From positions 64,001-128,000 of IMG/VR virus record IMGVR_UViG_3300012344_000386: DNA of 64,000 nt; one strand, written 5' to 3'. Of the stretch, positions 1 to 12,996 are shown piece after piece. This DNA is from a virus. Its lineage: Duplodnaviria; Caudoviricetes. The notes under the pieces are model-generated. The model made no database searches. It was not told the DNA's origin and worked only from the letters and a program-made list of their open reading frames with translations. The first letter of the stretch is position 1. Each line of letters starts with the position of its first letter. The position numbers were made by a program, and so were the translations under genes.

Positions 1-1
1 T

Positions 2-1969
2 AAACCGTGTTATAAAATAACTGTTACTATTCCTGAAAATGATAGTACAACTTCTGATAAAATATATAAAATAACAGTAAAATATTAGTATAGTGATATT
101 ACAAAAGAATATTTGTCTACTTTTATAATATATCAGGGTAAATCAAATATTAATGCTGTTATAAATTTAACGAGTGGTACAGTAGATGGAAAAATAAACA
201 ATGCAGGGGAAACTATAACTCTTGAGTGTTATGGTGAACTTAATGGTGATGAAAAATCAGACGGTGAACTTACATGCTCAGATTCAAGTATAAATATACC
301 TGAACCTATAATATCAGGAACAAGATGTATATATAATATTGAAATTGGTATATCATCAACAGATAGAACATTAACGTTTACATTTACATATACATTTCAT
401 GATAGTCAAGCAAAAGCAGATAAAACATTATCACAAGGTGCAGGAGAGTTTGAATTATTTGTTCATGCATATTATATGAGAGGTTCAACAAAAGTTGAAG
501 ATGATATGGAAGAATTAGCATTGCAAGCTACTGATTCAGGCTATTTTTATTTATAGTATTATGCAAAAGTAAAAAATGGTACATATATTGATACTAATTA
601 GTCACATTATGAAGTTACATATGAAAAATATAATGATGGTGATATGACATATGAGTATCTTGCTGATTTTAAAACAGAAGAAACATCATTAAAAGATGAT
701 AAATTAGAATTAAAATGTAAATTTAGTTAGAATCCAAAAGACTCAGATTATGATTATGAGAGGTGTGTTAATTTTACGGTAAAATATAATATAGGTTCAG
801 TTGACAATAAAATAATGTTAATTAATCAAGCAAGTGCGTTTGCTATTGGATTAGCTTCATTTGATTTTTTATTATTTGAATATATATTTTTAAATAATGC
901 TGGTAGTTCACATATTCCATCAGAAAAAAATAAATTGACTGGTTCTGATTTGGATACAATAACACATATTACAAATAATAAAAATATTAAAATGAATATA
1001 ACATCTCATAATAAAACATATATATTAAATAATACAACAATGGGATTTTCTGAGACTTTATATCCAAGTACAACTGAATATTGGCATCAAACGAACAATT
1101 ATACAGAATATGAAGATATACTAGGTTTTTCTGGAGATAATAGATCAGGTTCATAGGAATCTATATTTATTAATATGAAAGAAATTTTAGCATAGATTAG
1201 TAATACATTATTAGAAAACAAATGTAAATATATTTACATAGATTTATATGGTCATATGTGGAGTCAGTTATGTAATGGACGTGTAAAAGTAACATATCGT
1301 ACATTTAAGAATAAAGGGAGTAACCCATCAATAACATTAGATAGAAGCACAGAAAAATATATTTTTAATACAACTGATACAGAAGTAAATAAAGAATAGA
1401 CAAAAACATATAATTTAACTGTATAGGAAGCAAATATAAAAAGTTCATATACATGGTTAGCAAGACTTACATATAATGTAAAAACAGGAAGTGGACAATT
1501 AGATTCTAGAAATTTATATGGTTATAAAAAAAGTACTGATAATGGGTTAACAGTATTTAATAGAACATATGCAGATAAAAATAGTGCATGTTTTTATATA
1601 GAAGGTTATAAATAGTATGATGATACGATTACATTAAAAACAATTAATATATCATATAGTGAAAGAAGTAATGATACAAGTACATATGATTTTAGTAGTT
1701 ATTTGTGTTCTTCATTTAATGGAAATAATTCAGTAGGTGTATATTGGTAGTATTTTAATAGTTTTAGTGTTACAGAAAGCAATAAGAATGGTATAAATTG
1801 TAGTTTTGACAGATTAACTTTTAAATTTAATATAAAGCAAACATATAATTCATCTTATAGCTGGCCTACTCAAGAAAATAGAACACGAGAAGTTATTGTA
1901 AATACGGATCCTGCTTATGATAATATTAAATTTATTATAAAAATAATAGAACAAAAATATACAAAATGA
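2..1969 (+). CDS. 5'-truncated large virion or structural-like protein (beta-rich, Ig/BACON-like segments); needs TAG=Gln
   Basis: The frame of track ORFs 113..556 and 815..1156 is open from base 2 to TGA at 1967-1969, interrupted only by TAG codons. The product is Thr/Ser/Tyr rich. Confidence 0.7.
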
Positions 1970-3204
1970 ATAAATTAATAAAGAAATTAGTTGAGTCCCT
2001 TTTTGATGATATAGACGATATTGTAGATACACCAGAACGTACAGTATCATAGGAATTATATAATAATGAAATAAGATAGCTTAAAAAGCTACCATATAAT
2101 ATCACTGAATATCCTGATAGTTTTGTGAATTTTGATAGGGCTGAAAATCTTTACAATATAGGATTAATATATATTAATGAAGCATGTAAAAATAAGTATT
2201 ATATAAGATATTTTAATAATGTAAAAAAATTTCAGATTAATTGTAAGTTTAAAGACTATGATAATTCAATTGATATTGATACAATTGAAATTTATGGATT
2301 TGGTAGAACAAACAAATATGATTTAAATTGTATATTACATGTTAATGATAAAGTGATAACAGATATTATATTTAATATGGGACAACCACATTATAATATG
2401 GAGTTTATACCATATGATTATATAGGTAATGAATTATTTTTACAAATGTTTTATCTTATAAACACATATATAGAAAATGGGTATAAAATAAAAAATATTA
2501 TATTGAACGCAGAAGATGATATATATCATAAAACAAAAAATATAATTATTGGAGATACTAGAAAAGAAGTTATTGATCCAAATAAAGTTATTCCTATTAA
2601 AGAAGAATATATAAATTTATATAGTAAAATTAATATATTTGTTACAAATAATAATGAAAATCCTATTAAGTTGACAAAATTATGTAAAAATGTAATACTT
2701 GGATATTCTTTAATTTGTGAAAATTTAAAAACATTTGAACTATTTTTGTTATATCTTAAAAAATTAGGATTTAAATTATTCAAAATGGAACAGCAACCAC
2801 TTATTATGAATCCATCGGAGTATAATGGTTTTAAATATGGTGAGGATTTATTTAAACAATTCTTAATAGACTATAATATACCTAATTATAAGTTTAGTAA
2901 TAAAAAAGATATGCATGAAATTATAAATATTATTGTAAATAAAGTAATTTCACATTTACAAGAAAATAATAAATTAAATGCAAAGTCTTTATCTGACTAT
3001 TCATCAAATTATATGACAAGTAATAAAGTTATAGAGAAAGGAAAAGATGAAAAAGGTAATTTTATTATAATACAATATAAATTAGATTACGACGATGATA
3101 AAGTAAAAGACCATGTATATTCAAAAACCGATTGGAAAGTATATTAGTCGGGACTTATTGATTTAGTTGATGAAGATTTATATTGGTCAAAAATGGATAA
3201 GTAA
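1966..3204 (+). CDS. hypothetical protein with MNKLIKKLVESLFDD leader (TAG=Gln)
   Basis: ATG at 1966 overlaps the upstream TGA and is in frame with track ORF 2125..3147. Three TAGs; ends at TAA 3202-3204 just before a terminator. Confidence 0.75.
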
Positions 3205-3221
3205 TATTATATAATATAATT

Positions 3222-3258
3222 AAATGAGATCTATATTAATTTATAGATCTCATTTTTT
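3222..3258 (+). terminator. intrinsic terminator
   Basis: AAATGAGATCTATA / TATAGATCTCATTT stem followed by a T-tract. Confidence 0.8.
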
Positions 3259-3296
3259 ATTTAATAAATATTGAAACTAATTTTTAGTTTATAATT

Positions 3297-4667
3297 ATGT
3301 CAAAAACACAATTAACTCCTAAATAGCTTTTTGAAAATAGAAATACAACAGATATTTTTGACAGAGCAGTTTTGGTAGGATTACTTAAGGTATTTAACAG
3401 AAGATTATATTACGAGCAAAGATGGGATGATACAGAAGATGGAATAGAAAATGTATGTGTTCCATTCTTTTATGATTTTGGTGGTTCAAATCAAAATTCA
3501 GAAAAGTTTATCCAAGATAATTATACAAATTTCACAAGTGATGAATGTACAGATATTGGACTTCAAAAAATAGACGGTAATTTTGATAGATACCCTTAGG
3601 GACGTTTATCAATGTCAAGCGTTCAAATAGAATCAGGAAATATCACTAACAGGTTTGTAATGGGTAAGTATACAAAAAGAGAAAATGGTAAACTTAAATC
3701 TTATGTATCTTATCTTTATTCTATGCCGTTAACATATAGTTTCAATGTTGAAATAAGATGTTCAACAATGGCAGAGGCAATGAAAATTAATCAAGCATAT
3801 AGAGAATTCTTTTATAAGAATTTAACATATCATATTAATTATAAAGGAACTGTTGTTCCTGTTCGTGTGGGGTTTCCAGAATCCGCATATCAACCAACGG
3901 CAGGAGGAACTTATACTTTTGGACAACTTCCATCAGAGACTATGATTAAAGTTCCATTTACTATATAGTGCGAAACATATCAACCTATATTTGATAGATA
4001 TAATGAACGTCCAGCAGATAATGTTATAAGGAATAATGGTTATGCTATATGGGTAAATAGAAATCATCCAGAAAAAGTAACAGGGCCATTACATTGGGTA
4101 ACAGATTTTGAAGATATGATATTGGTATCAGGTTAGGACCTTTTAGTTGAATGGAAATATTCATATCAAGATAGAGATCTTCTTCAAGTTGATATTCTAT
4201 ATGAAGATGAAAAAGGCGAATAGTTCGTATTGGATTCAGTAGATAACCATAATTTCTATCATTGGAAAATACCAACAGATTTTATAGATAATCCCTCACG
4301 TATAGATATTCTCGTACCTAATACAGAAGAATGTACAGTATATACAAATCCTGAAATCTATATGTATCCGGATCCAGAAACTCGTATAGTAGATGAATCG
4401 ACTGTATATGTATTAAATAAAGGATATTTTATTACGGCAAATTCGCAAGTTGATTGTATAATATCATATGAAGATAATAAAGGATAGGTAAAAGAAATTC
4501 CAGCGAAACTTAATCTTAAGAATTTCATGATAGATGAAACAAATCCTATTGAATTCAAATGTTTCGTATATCCAAGAGAAGTAAATACAAAACAAGTTAA
4601 ATTAATATTAAGAGATCATTATAATACAGAGAATAAATGCATAAGTGATTCTATATTAATAGTTTAA
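3297..4667 (+). CDS. putative tail sheath stabilizer / tail terminator (T4 gp15-like), 456 aa with TAG=Gln
   Basis: Joins track ORFs 3372, 3612 and 4230 in one frame, with only TAG interruptions. Motifs VPFFYDFGG..EKFIQD, YP(Q)GRLS and PLTYSFNVEI resemble the gp15 family (recognised from memory). Confidence 0.6.
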
Positions 4668-4736
4668 GCATATTTTGTGAAATATGCTTATTTTTTACAT
4701 AAATAAATAATAAAAATAAAATAATATTTAAACTTA

Positions 4737-7700
4737 ATGGGAAAATTAAATAAAGACGAGCTTTTAGCAGGTGTTCGTAATATTATTCAAGAAAGTTTTA
4801 ATAGAGATACAGAAAACTTTGATGGCACTACTAAGTTCAATATTCATAGATATGTGAATGGTCTTATCGAAGAAGGTCATAAGAACCCCGATTTGATGAA
4901 CTATTTGGTTGAATATAATAACGCACTTTCTAATGGTGCATAGGACTTTATGCTTTTTGAACAGTTCGGACAAGGACTTACTAAATATGCAAAAGGCAAT
5001 AAGTCTGTTAAATCTGTTATTGAGCAGATGAACAATACCTTAGCAACAGATGGTGCTAATCTTGTAGGTTATCAACTTATTGAACAACTTAATGATCCTT
5101 ATATAAAGGATGAGGTTAAGTATGCTTATAATCAATATGTAGCAAATAAATGTCAGGAAACAAAGGATACATTGGTAGATGTATTGTCACCGCTTGTAGA
5201 AGAAGGAAATCCTATTGCTACAAAATTAAATATTCTTATTACAGAAGAATCTTCAATGTCCGCTAATTTTATTCATGCAGATTATGTAAATGAATCAGAA
5301 CAAAGAGATTTTGAGAAGAAGCTTCAGGAAAAACGTGATAAGAAAACAATGGACCAAATTTTCTCAAAGGTCCAACGTTATATCGATGAAAAACTTGATG
5401 AAGATGAAAAAGCAAAGTTAACAGAAAAAGAAAATTACTGTTTGAATGCTATTGCTAATAATCAAGGTATTAATCTTTCCGAACATATTAATAATATCCG
5501 TCATTCAGACGCTTCTTCCAACCAACGTCTTATGGAGGTTATTAATCTTTATTCAAACGCAATTAATCAAGGTGCATATGAAGAGAGACTTTATGAGACT
5601 TTCCTTCAGAACGTATCTAAGTTTAATTATCTTCTTCCTGTTAGTAAGGCAATGAAATCTATTGTCGAGAAAGTAGATTCAAAACGAGAGGAAATCACAC
5701 TTACTAAGATTTTGGAGGAAATGAAGGATGATCATTCTTCATTCATTTATGTAGATCTTATTCAAGAAGATGTTGCACGTTATGTAAAGGAGCCAAATGC
5801 AATTAATAGAGTTCAGTTACGTAATGCTTTAATGCCATATGCTTCTGATCCATATATTAACGAAATGTTCAATGTTATTTATTCTGATAACTCACGTAGA
5901 GCTAATGAACTTACAGAGAAAGCATTGAATATTAAGGACCAAATTAATATTATTAGAGAGAACGCTACAGTTTCTAACATTTATACACCAGTACAATATG
6001 TTAAGGAAAATGAAGCAATTTTCAATGTTAATGGTCAATTCTATGTAAAGAAAGGAAATAACATTACAGTTCTTGATGAGAAGTATGTAGATGAACTTGA
6101 TGAGAGATTTGTTGAACTTTGTAGACTTGTAAATGATCCACATGTAGAGATTAATGAGGATAATATTATTCTTCATGGTAATGATAAGTATGCTACGATT
6201 TATGAAGGCTATGTAGACCTTTATGGACATAAGGAGTCAAGAGAGTCACTTCGTAATCTTAGAGAAATGTGCATGAAGTATGATGATTACGATACAAACT
6301 TCTATATTATGTGTTCATGCCTTTTGGAGAACTTTAATAATATCGCAAAGATTGATTGGGCAAAGCATGTAACTCTTAATGAGAATAATAATATTAATGC
6401 AGATTTGTTTAGACTTGACCAAAATATTTTCATTGCAACTCATAACGATGCTATTGGACAACATACATTCTATAGAAATGTAAATCCTATTTTCTGTAAG
6501 AATAAGTTGAATGAACATATGGGTATTAACGTATCTTCATTGTTTAGTGATTTGCTTCCATCTCAAGATAAGATCATTCTTAAACTTAATGAGACAAAGA
6601 ATCAATATGAAGATTCTATCGAGAAATATGAAGATATGATTGATAAACTTAATAAGGCTCTTGAGTCTGCTTCTGATGAAAATAAAGAGAAACTTGAGAA
6701 AGCTATTTCTGACGCAGAAGAGAAACTTGATGATATTAAAGCTGAATATAAAGAATGGCAAAAACAAGCAGATGATGCAACAGGCGAAGATCATTCAGAT
6801 GATGAAGATACTGATTCAGAAGCGGATACAGAAGATACAGATGATGATACAAATGATGGTTCTGTAACTAAGGAAAAACCAAATGAACCAATGTCTGATG
6901 ATGAAGTTGACGCAAATAAAGATGAACTTTCACAACCGTTAAGTGGAGAAAATGGAGATTCTGAAGCAACTGATAACTTTAGTGATGAAGAGTCTGATGA
7001 ATCTGATGATAGAGTATCTGATGATGAATTCGCTAAGTTCTTAGGTAGTGATTCTGATGATGAAGATTCTGAGGAAGATGGTACTGGTTTTGATGATGCT
7101 GCCGCCGATGCAATAGATGCTGATAATGATGAAACAGAAGATGAACCAGATTTTGAGGATTCAGATGATGAAGATTCAGATGAAGATATGTTTACTTCTG
7201 ATGATGATAATGATCAAGATGATGAAGAAGCATTTAAGGAAGTAAGTTTCGATGACGATAATAATTCTTCAATTGATTCAGAGGACGATGACGATATTTT
7301 CGAACCAGAAGAAACAGAAGATGATACAATTTCTGATGAAGATAATGATGAAATGAATTCTGAAGATGATACTATTGGTGACACTTCTGATGAGGATGAA
7401 CCTGAAAATACAGGTATGACAACTGTTGATATGGGTACAGATGATGAAACGTCTGATGATGAAGTTGCTGAACCAGGTGACGAAGCTACAGATGTATTTG
7501 GTGGCGATACAGAAGATCCTCTTGGAACAAATACGGATGTTGAAGAAAATCCAGAGAATACACCTAAAACAGAGGAAGAAGAAAAAGAAGATGCATACCA
7601 ACCTAAATTCTCTTATAAGATTGCAGATGTAATGTTTGATGAGAATGTTAAGGAAGGTAAGAAAGAAAAATCAGGTTCTGTTATCGTAATCGTTCCTATG

Positions 7701-9785
7701 ATTGATGGCACAGGTAAGAAGTATGTAGAGAACAAGACTATAGAATTCTATCTTGATGATAACAATAATCCTATTCTTGATAACGAACCTATGACTAATG
7801 AACTTTATGCCGCTGTTATCGACGCAATTAAGGGACATCCTGATTATACATCTATTTGTGATACTGCTGAACCTGCAAATGAGGAAGTTGGTCCAACAAT
7901 TGCCGCTTTACGTGGTTCAGATGATGACAATGATGAAGATTGGGAAGATGCATATTTAAGAGACGGTAATGATGAAGACCGTGATGTATTTTCACAGAAA
8001 CTTGATTCTGATGATGACGATGATGATTGGGAGTGGGATTATCCTTTAAGTAAAATGGAAGATGATGAAGAATCAAATGAAGATGATTCTGATGACGATG
8101 ATACTTTTGGTTTTAATATGAAGGAAGTAGATGATGCTGATTCAGACGATGAAGATTCAGACGATGAAGATGTAATTATTCCAACATATAAATCAGGTAA
8201 TACTGAGATTGAATTACCAGCACCTTCCGCTGATGGTACAGAGATACCAGAAAAGAAAGTAGTAAAAACTGATAAGAAACCTTTAAAAGAACATAAATCT
8301 ATCAAGATTACACCTGTATTCAAAAATAAAGCAGGTAAAAGTTTTTTCTTAAATGAAGCTACCATCAAGGCTTCTAAATCAAAGGATTAGAAAGGTACTC
8401 CTCTCACAGAAGAGATAATTGATGGAAGTACCACAAACGAGATTTCTACATCCGATTCTAAAGGTAATGATCCAATAGAAGATTATAATGAAGAAACAGA
8501 TTTTGATACATTAGGTAAAATGCATGATAAAGCAATAAAGTCTGCAGAAAAAGCAATTAATGATGAACATAATATAATTGTTACAGATATTGATTCTTAT
8601 GGTGAAGATTCAGATACTGTAAAGTATTTCGTAATATCAGAAGAGTATGATGGTGATTCTGAATCATATGCAATATATCAAATTGGTGCAGATATTTATT
8701 ACAGGGATGCAAAAGAATTTTATCAAATATTAGAAGATTTCAAAGATGAAGTTCCTGGACAAACAATAGAGTCTTTAAAAGTTGATTATTCAGATAAGGG
8801 TGAACAACTTACATCTTATAATATAACTGATACTGATGATTGTATGTTTGTTGTTTCTTCTATATTCAGCGCATTAACAGGGAAATCATATGACGCTAAT
8901 AATAAGTATATAAATGAGAATTGTAAGATTAAACGTTCAACAAAGGTTGACGCAGATAATGATCTTGATAATTCAAAAGCTGCAAATGATGCTAAATATG
9001 GTACGCAAGAAGATAACGATTTTAAATAGGAAATCGAAGATAAACAAAAGAAAGACGGTTTAGTTGGAGCATTAGATCCACAACAGGATGAAAATGAAGC
9101 AGTGAAACCAAAACTTCCTAATGTTAATCTTGTAACTGAAAAACAAAAGAAAAATCCTTTCTTAGAGGAAGGCGCAATTATTGAATATGAGGTAAATGAT
9201 AAGATTCTTTATAAGAATGAACCATGGACTGTATATGCAGTTGAAGAAGAAACTGGTGATAAACAAAAGTTGAAGATTACAAAAAATGGTAAAACTATTG
9301 ATGTAACTTCAAATGAGATTAAACCAGATCCTTCTCAATTCAAAGATATTGACAATACGCCAGATCAATTTGAATTTGATAAGAATAACTTGAATAAAAC
9401 ACCAGAAAATCCTAAAGCAGAAAAGATGAATGATTTGAATGGTAAAACTGTTGAATGCAATATAGTTGTAGACTCACAAGTTTTAACTAATACATTAAAT
9501 GGTAAAAGATTCAAGGCAAATCTTAAAGATATTCTAGAAGGTGTAGATGATGTAAGAGTTTATGTTGATGGTAATGAAGAAACATGGCATAAGGATAATA
9601 TAGACATTCCTGTTGAAGATTGGATAAATGCTGTTATTGCTTCAGAAAATGATGAACCATTACGTAAAATAAAAGTTAATCCAAAATCATATGTTGATAC
9701 AACAGATGATACAGGATTAGTTGATTGTACAGTAGGCGGTAAATTAACATAGTTACCAAAGCATGCAATAAGAATTTTAGTTTAA
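4737..9785 (+). CDS. very large acidic protein (1682 aa with TAG=Gln), candidate prohead core/scaffold or internal head protein
   Basis: Track ORFs 4737, 4950, 8520 and 9102 share one frame, separated only by 4 TAGs; ends at TAA 9783-9785. Coiled coil followed by a ~450-aa Asp/Glu-rich tract; many L/I/V-x-E sites. Confidence 0.75.
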
Positions 9786-9821
9786 TTTAAACTAGACTTT
9801 TAATTATATTCTAAATAATAT

Positions 9822-9864
9822 AAAGAGTAGGTATTTGATAATAAATCATTTATCTACTCTTTTT
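9822..9864 (+). terminator. intrinsic terminator
   Basis: AAAGAGTAGGTA / TATCTACTCTTT stem followed by a T-run. Confidence 0.6.
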
Positions 9865-9884
9865 ATTTTAATAATTTTTAAGAT

Positions 9885-10430
9885 ATGAGAAATTGGTTAT
9901 TAGCAGATGAACAAGTAAAATTAAATGAAATATATGGTGGGTATATGCCGAAATATAAGCATGTTCACCTTTATTACCAATATACATGTGGAACAAATTC
10001 ACCATATGAATTTGATATAATATTAGATAATGCAAATACAAGTTCTTATAATGAATTAAGATTCAGTAATGGTAATTATAGGTTAAGTGCAAAGATGTCT
10101 TATAAAAGTTTTACATTAGACCAACTAATAGAATTATTACCATCTACTATATATTGTGATAATGAATATAATGCTGTTAATGTAGAAACAACAAAAAATT
10201 ATCATGCATTAAAATTACATATAATTAAAAGAAAAGATACAAACAATGATATTGATTATATGTATAAAGTAATGTATAAACCATTAGAGACAAAAGGTAT
10301 ATATAAACATATAAAATTAAAGAAATATGAGTTTAAAGATCCTGTACTAGAAGGAGATGAACTTATAACGCTCATATATGATTTAATGATGTGGTGTATA
10401 TCACATGGACATTTAATAAAGAAAAAATAA
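9885..10430 (+). CDS. hypothetical protein
   Basis: 181-aa ATG-TAA ORF with no TAG. Confidence 0.75.
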   Translation: MRNWLLADEQVKLNEIYGGYMPKYKHVHLYYQYTCGTNSPYEFDIILDNANTSSYNELRFSNGNYRLSAKMSYKSFTLDQLIELLPSTIYCDNEYNAVNVETTKNYHALKLHIIKRKDTNNDIDYMYKVMYKPLETKGIYKHIKLKKYEFKDPVLEGDELITLIYDLMMWCISHGHLIKKK

Positions 10431-10440
10431 TGATAGATAA

Positions 10441-10469
10441 TAGACATTTTTAATTTATCATTATATACA
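10441..10469 (+). promoter_or_regulatory. sigma70-like promoter (TAGACA-N17-TATACA)
   Basis: Near-identical to TAGACT-N17-TATACA at 30683-30711; lies directly upstream of the hairpin RNAs and the DUF2828 gene. Confidence 0.5.
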
Positions 10470-10475
10470 TAATAA

Positions 10476-10548
10476 TGAGAGTCAATACAGCAAACTATTT
10501 TATTATACTATATTTTATGATTGATAGGTAACAACAAGACTCTTGAAT
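10476..10548 (+). ncRNA. hairpin RNA unit 1 (AATACAGCAA motif)
   Basis: Stem GAGAGTC/GACTCTT encloses AATACAGCAA; a paralogous unit follows. Confidence 0.5.
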
Positions 10549-10562
10549 TTTTGTTATTAATA

Positions 10563-10632
10563 TGAAAGTTAATACCGCAACTTTTTATTTTAATAATTTT
10601 TGGATAATTAATTAAATTAATGACTTTTGAAT
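10563..10632 (+). ncRNA. hairpin RNA unit 2 (AATACCGCAA motif)
   Basis: Stem GAAAGTT/GACTTTT encloses AATACCGCAA; compensatory change relative to unit 1. Confidence 0.5.
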
Positions 10633-10656
10633 AACAAAATTAAAACGAATAATTTT

Positions 10657-12012
10657 ATGAAACTTGAAGAGATTTTTGCATTAAAGACTACAGAGAATGG
10701 TGACAAGGCATATAGTACAACAATGAATCCTATGTTGGATATTTTGTTTATGTCTGAGTATTATAGTAAGCATCTTGATGAGATTCCTATGATTGGAAAA
10801 TCAGATAGAGAGAAACTGTTTGCTATGATGATGCGAGATCCTAGATTTGGTTTGGGTAGACGTGAACTTGGACGCAGACTTATGTTGATGACTGATGTAA
10901 CACCAGATATGGTTGTTAAAGCTGGTCGATATGATGACTTGTTTATTGGTTGGGAGACTATGCCAGATGACGCCTTTGCAAATATGTGTGAATATTTGTA
11001 TAAGGAAATTCGTAATGGTAATGAACTTTGTAAGAAGTGGATGCCACGATATTCATCTAAGAACCTTATGCTTGCTCGTAAGATTGCAAAGCAGTTTAGA
11101 ATGAATAAACAGACATATGGACATTTCATTAAATCTGATACAACAGAGCAGAAACTTTCAAGACATAATACAGAAGCTATTAAGTTTGAACAAGTGCCTT
11201 CACTTGCGATGATTAAGTATTTTAACCGTTTTGCAACAGGTGACGATACAAAGGAAAGATTTGCTAAATATCAGGAAGATGTACGCTCTGGTAAAGCAGA
11301 ATTGAAGATTTCTACTACTAATGTATATGATATTTACAAGAATCGTGAGAAGATTGATCCAGATCTTTTCTTTAGTAAAATTGAAAAGATTTCAGGAAGT
11401 TGGATTCCAGTAGTAGATACATCAGGATCTATGCATGATTCTAATGATAGTATGGGTAAGGCTTATGCAGTAGGTCATTATCTTGCTAAATGTTCATCTT
11501 ATGCACCTGATACTGTATTGAGTTTTTCAAGTCATCCGCAGTTATTGAAACTTGGTATTGAAAATACATATCAAGAATATTATTGGAGAACTTCTGTTAC
11601 AAAAACACAGAAGATTACGGAAACTTCACAATATATGAGAGAGATTCAATCTATGTATACAGGTGATTGTTCAAATACAGATTTTGCTGCTGTATGTGAA
11701 GCATTGAAGAATCTTGATAAAGAGAATGCACCAGAATGGATTATTGTATTATCTGATATGGAAATGGATTGTGGTAGTAATCAAACAAAAGATGAGATGA
11801 TGGATATTTTTAAAAAGAATAATATGAATACTCATATTGTTTGGTGGAATTTTAATTCAAGAAATACTACAGTACCAGAAACAGATAATTATGGAAATAT
11901 TTATATGTCTGGATATTCACCAATGTTACTTAAGTTTCTTAAGGTTGGATTTAATGGACAAAAGTTTTTGGATGCTCTTATTGATGAGTATTCAGTTGCG
12001 ATAAATAAATAA
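10657..12012 (+). CDS. DUF2828-family TROVE/Ro60-like protein with C-terminal VWA domain
   Basis: N-terminal TTENGDKAYSTT..LD, RDPRFGLGRR, KWMPR; VWA MIDAS motif VVDTSGSM; SDME; IVWWN; SGYSP. ATG 10657 is the likely start. Confidence 0.8.
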   Translation: MKLEEIFALKTTENGDKAYSTTMNPMLDILFMSEYYSKHLDEIPMIGKSDREKLFAMMMRDPRFGLGRRELGRRLMLMTDVTPDMVVKAGRYDDLFIGWETMPDDAFANMCEYLYKEIRNGNELCKKWMPRYSSKNLMLARKIAKQFRMNKQTYGHFIKSDTTEQKLSRHNTEAIKFEQVPSLAMIKYFNRFATGDDTKERFAKYQEDVRSGKAELKISTTNVYDIYKNREKIDPDLFFSKIEKISGSWIPVVDTSGSMHDSNDSMGKAYAVGHYLAKCSSYAPDTVLSFSSHPQLLKLGIENTYQEYYWRTSVTKTQKITETSQYMREIQSMYTGDCSNTDFAAVCEALKNLDKENAPEWIIVLSDMEMDCGSNQTKDEMMDIFKKNNMNTHIVWWNFNSRNTTVPETDNYGNIYMSGYSPMLLKFLKVGFNGQKFLDALIDEYSVAINK

Positions 12013-12039
12013 CCTATTTTAAAAGCGCTAATATATATT

Positions 12040-12080
12040 AAGGGATATAAACGTTCAACTTCTACGTTTATATCCCTTTT
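12040..12080 (+). terminator. intrinsic terminator
   Basis: AAGGGATATAAACGT / ACGTTTATATCCCTT followed by a T-tract. Confidence 0.85.
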
Positions 12081-12140
12081 CTTTTTATACATATCTATCG
12101 AAATAAATATTAAAATAATATTAATTACTTAAAAATACAA

Positions 12141-12665
12141 ATGTATATATTTTAGATTTTATCCTATTTTTTTAAGAAAGTAGGGGATCAAGAAGCAATA
12201 AAAGAATTCATTGATTCCTTATTTAAAATTCCTAAAGTATTAAGAAATTTATTGGGTATTGTTATTTTATTGGGTGTTATATATTTTAGTTATTCAAAAA
12301 TATATAATAATGAAATCCAAGAATTACATACAGAAGTTAAAGATTTAAATGAAATAGTAAATACTGCAGTAACAAAAGATGATTATGCAGATGATATATA
12401 TTATATTTTAGATGTAATAAATATTGAAGAAGAAGTATTACATCATGCTTATAATACAACATAGCTTGAAATTGATTTAATGTATAGATTTATTTCATAG
12501 AATCACCCAAATGATCCTATTCTTCAAGATTTATATTCAATGAAAGAACGAAATGATTATACATATAAGTTCTTTACTGAAAAATATAAAAAAGCATTAG
12601 ATAAATGCAATAAGTTAACAAAATATAAAGCAATAGAAGATACTTTAAAAATAGAAGATAAATAA
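12141..12665 (+). CDS. membrane protein with N-terminal TM helix and coiled coil (TAG=Gln), possibly lysis-related
   Basis: ATG 12141, TAG at codon 5, in frame with track ORF 12252; TM segment LLGIVILLGVIYFSY; ends at TAA 12663-12665. Confidence 0.65.
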
Positions 12666-12723
12666 TTAAAAGAAGTTATTACAGTGGGAGAAAATATATT
12701 AAAAATAATAACTTTAATGAAAA

Positions 12724-12996
12724 ATGATAAATGCTAATTAGACAACTCAAAAATGTTATAATTCATTTAGTTGTATAGGTTCTATCCTAATTATTATATT
12801 TGTATTGGGATCTATTATTTGGGATATTTGTATAACTAAACCTGCTATGCGTGATTCTATAGATGATATACGTGTAGAAGTAAAAGATATACATCAAAAG
12901 TTAAATACAAAGCTTTCTAATGATACTATAGAATTTATGAAAGCATATAATATGTTGAAACAAGAAGAAAAACAGCAAACACAAAATAATAAATAA
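12724..12996 (+). CDS. small membrane protein with coiled coil (TAG=Gln)
   Basis: ATG 12724, TAG at codon 6, in frame with track ORF 12805; TM segment IGSILIIIFVLGSIIW. Confidence 0.65.

Noticed and set aside
6780-8170. GATGAT/GATTCAGATGATGAA-type repeats as a tandem repeat or CRISPR array
   Set aside because: They are codon-level low complexity of an Asp/Glu-rich protein, with no constant repeat-spacer period.
113-9752. Many short ORF-track fragments interpreted as separate genes or pseudogenes
   Set aside because: They share frames and are separated only by TAG, never TAA or TGA; recoding explains them better than decay.
10476-10632. Two AATACMGCAA units as a mini-CRISPR
   Set aside because: Only two degenerate copies; the ends pair around the variable part, which fits hairpin RNAs rather than repeat-spacer units, and no cas genes are present.
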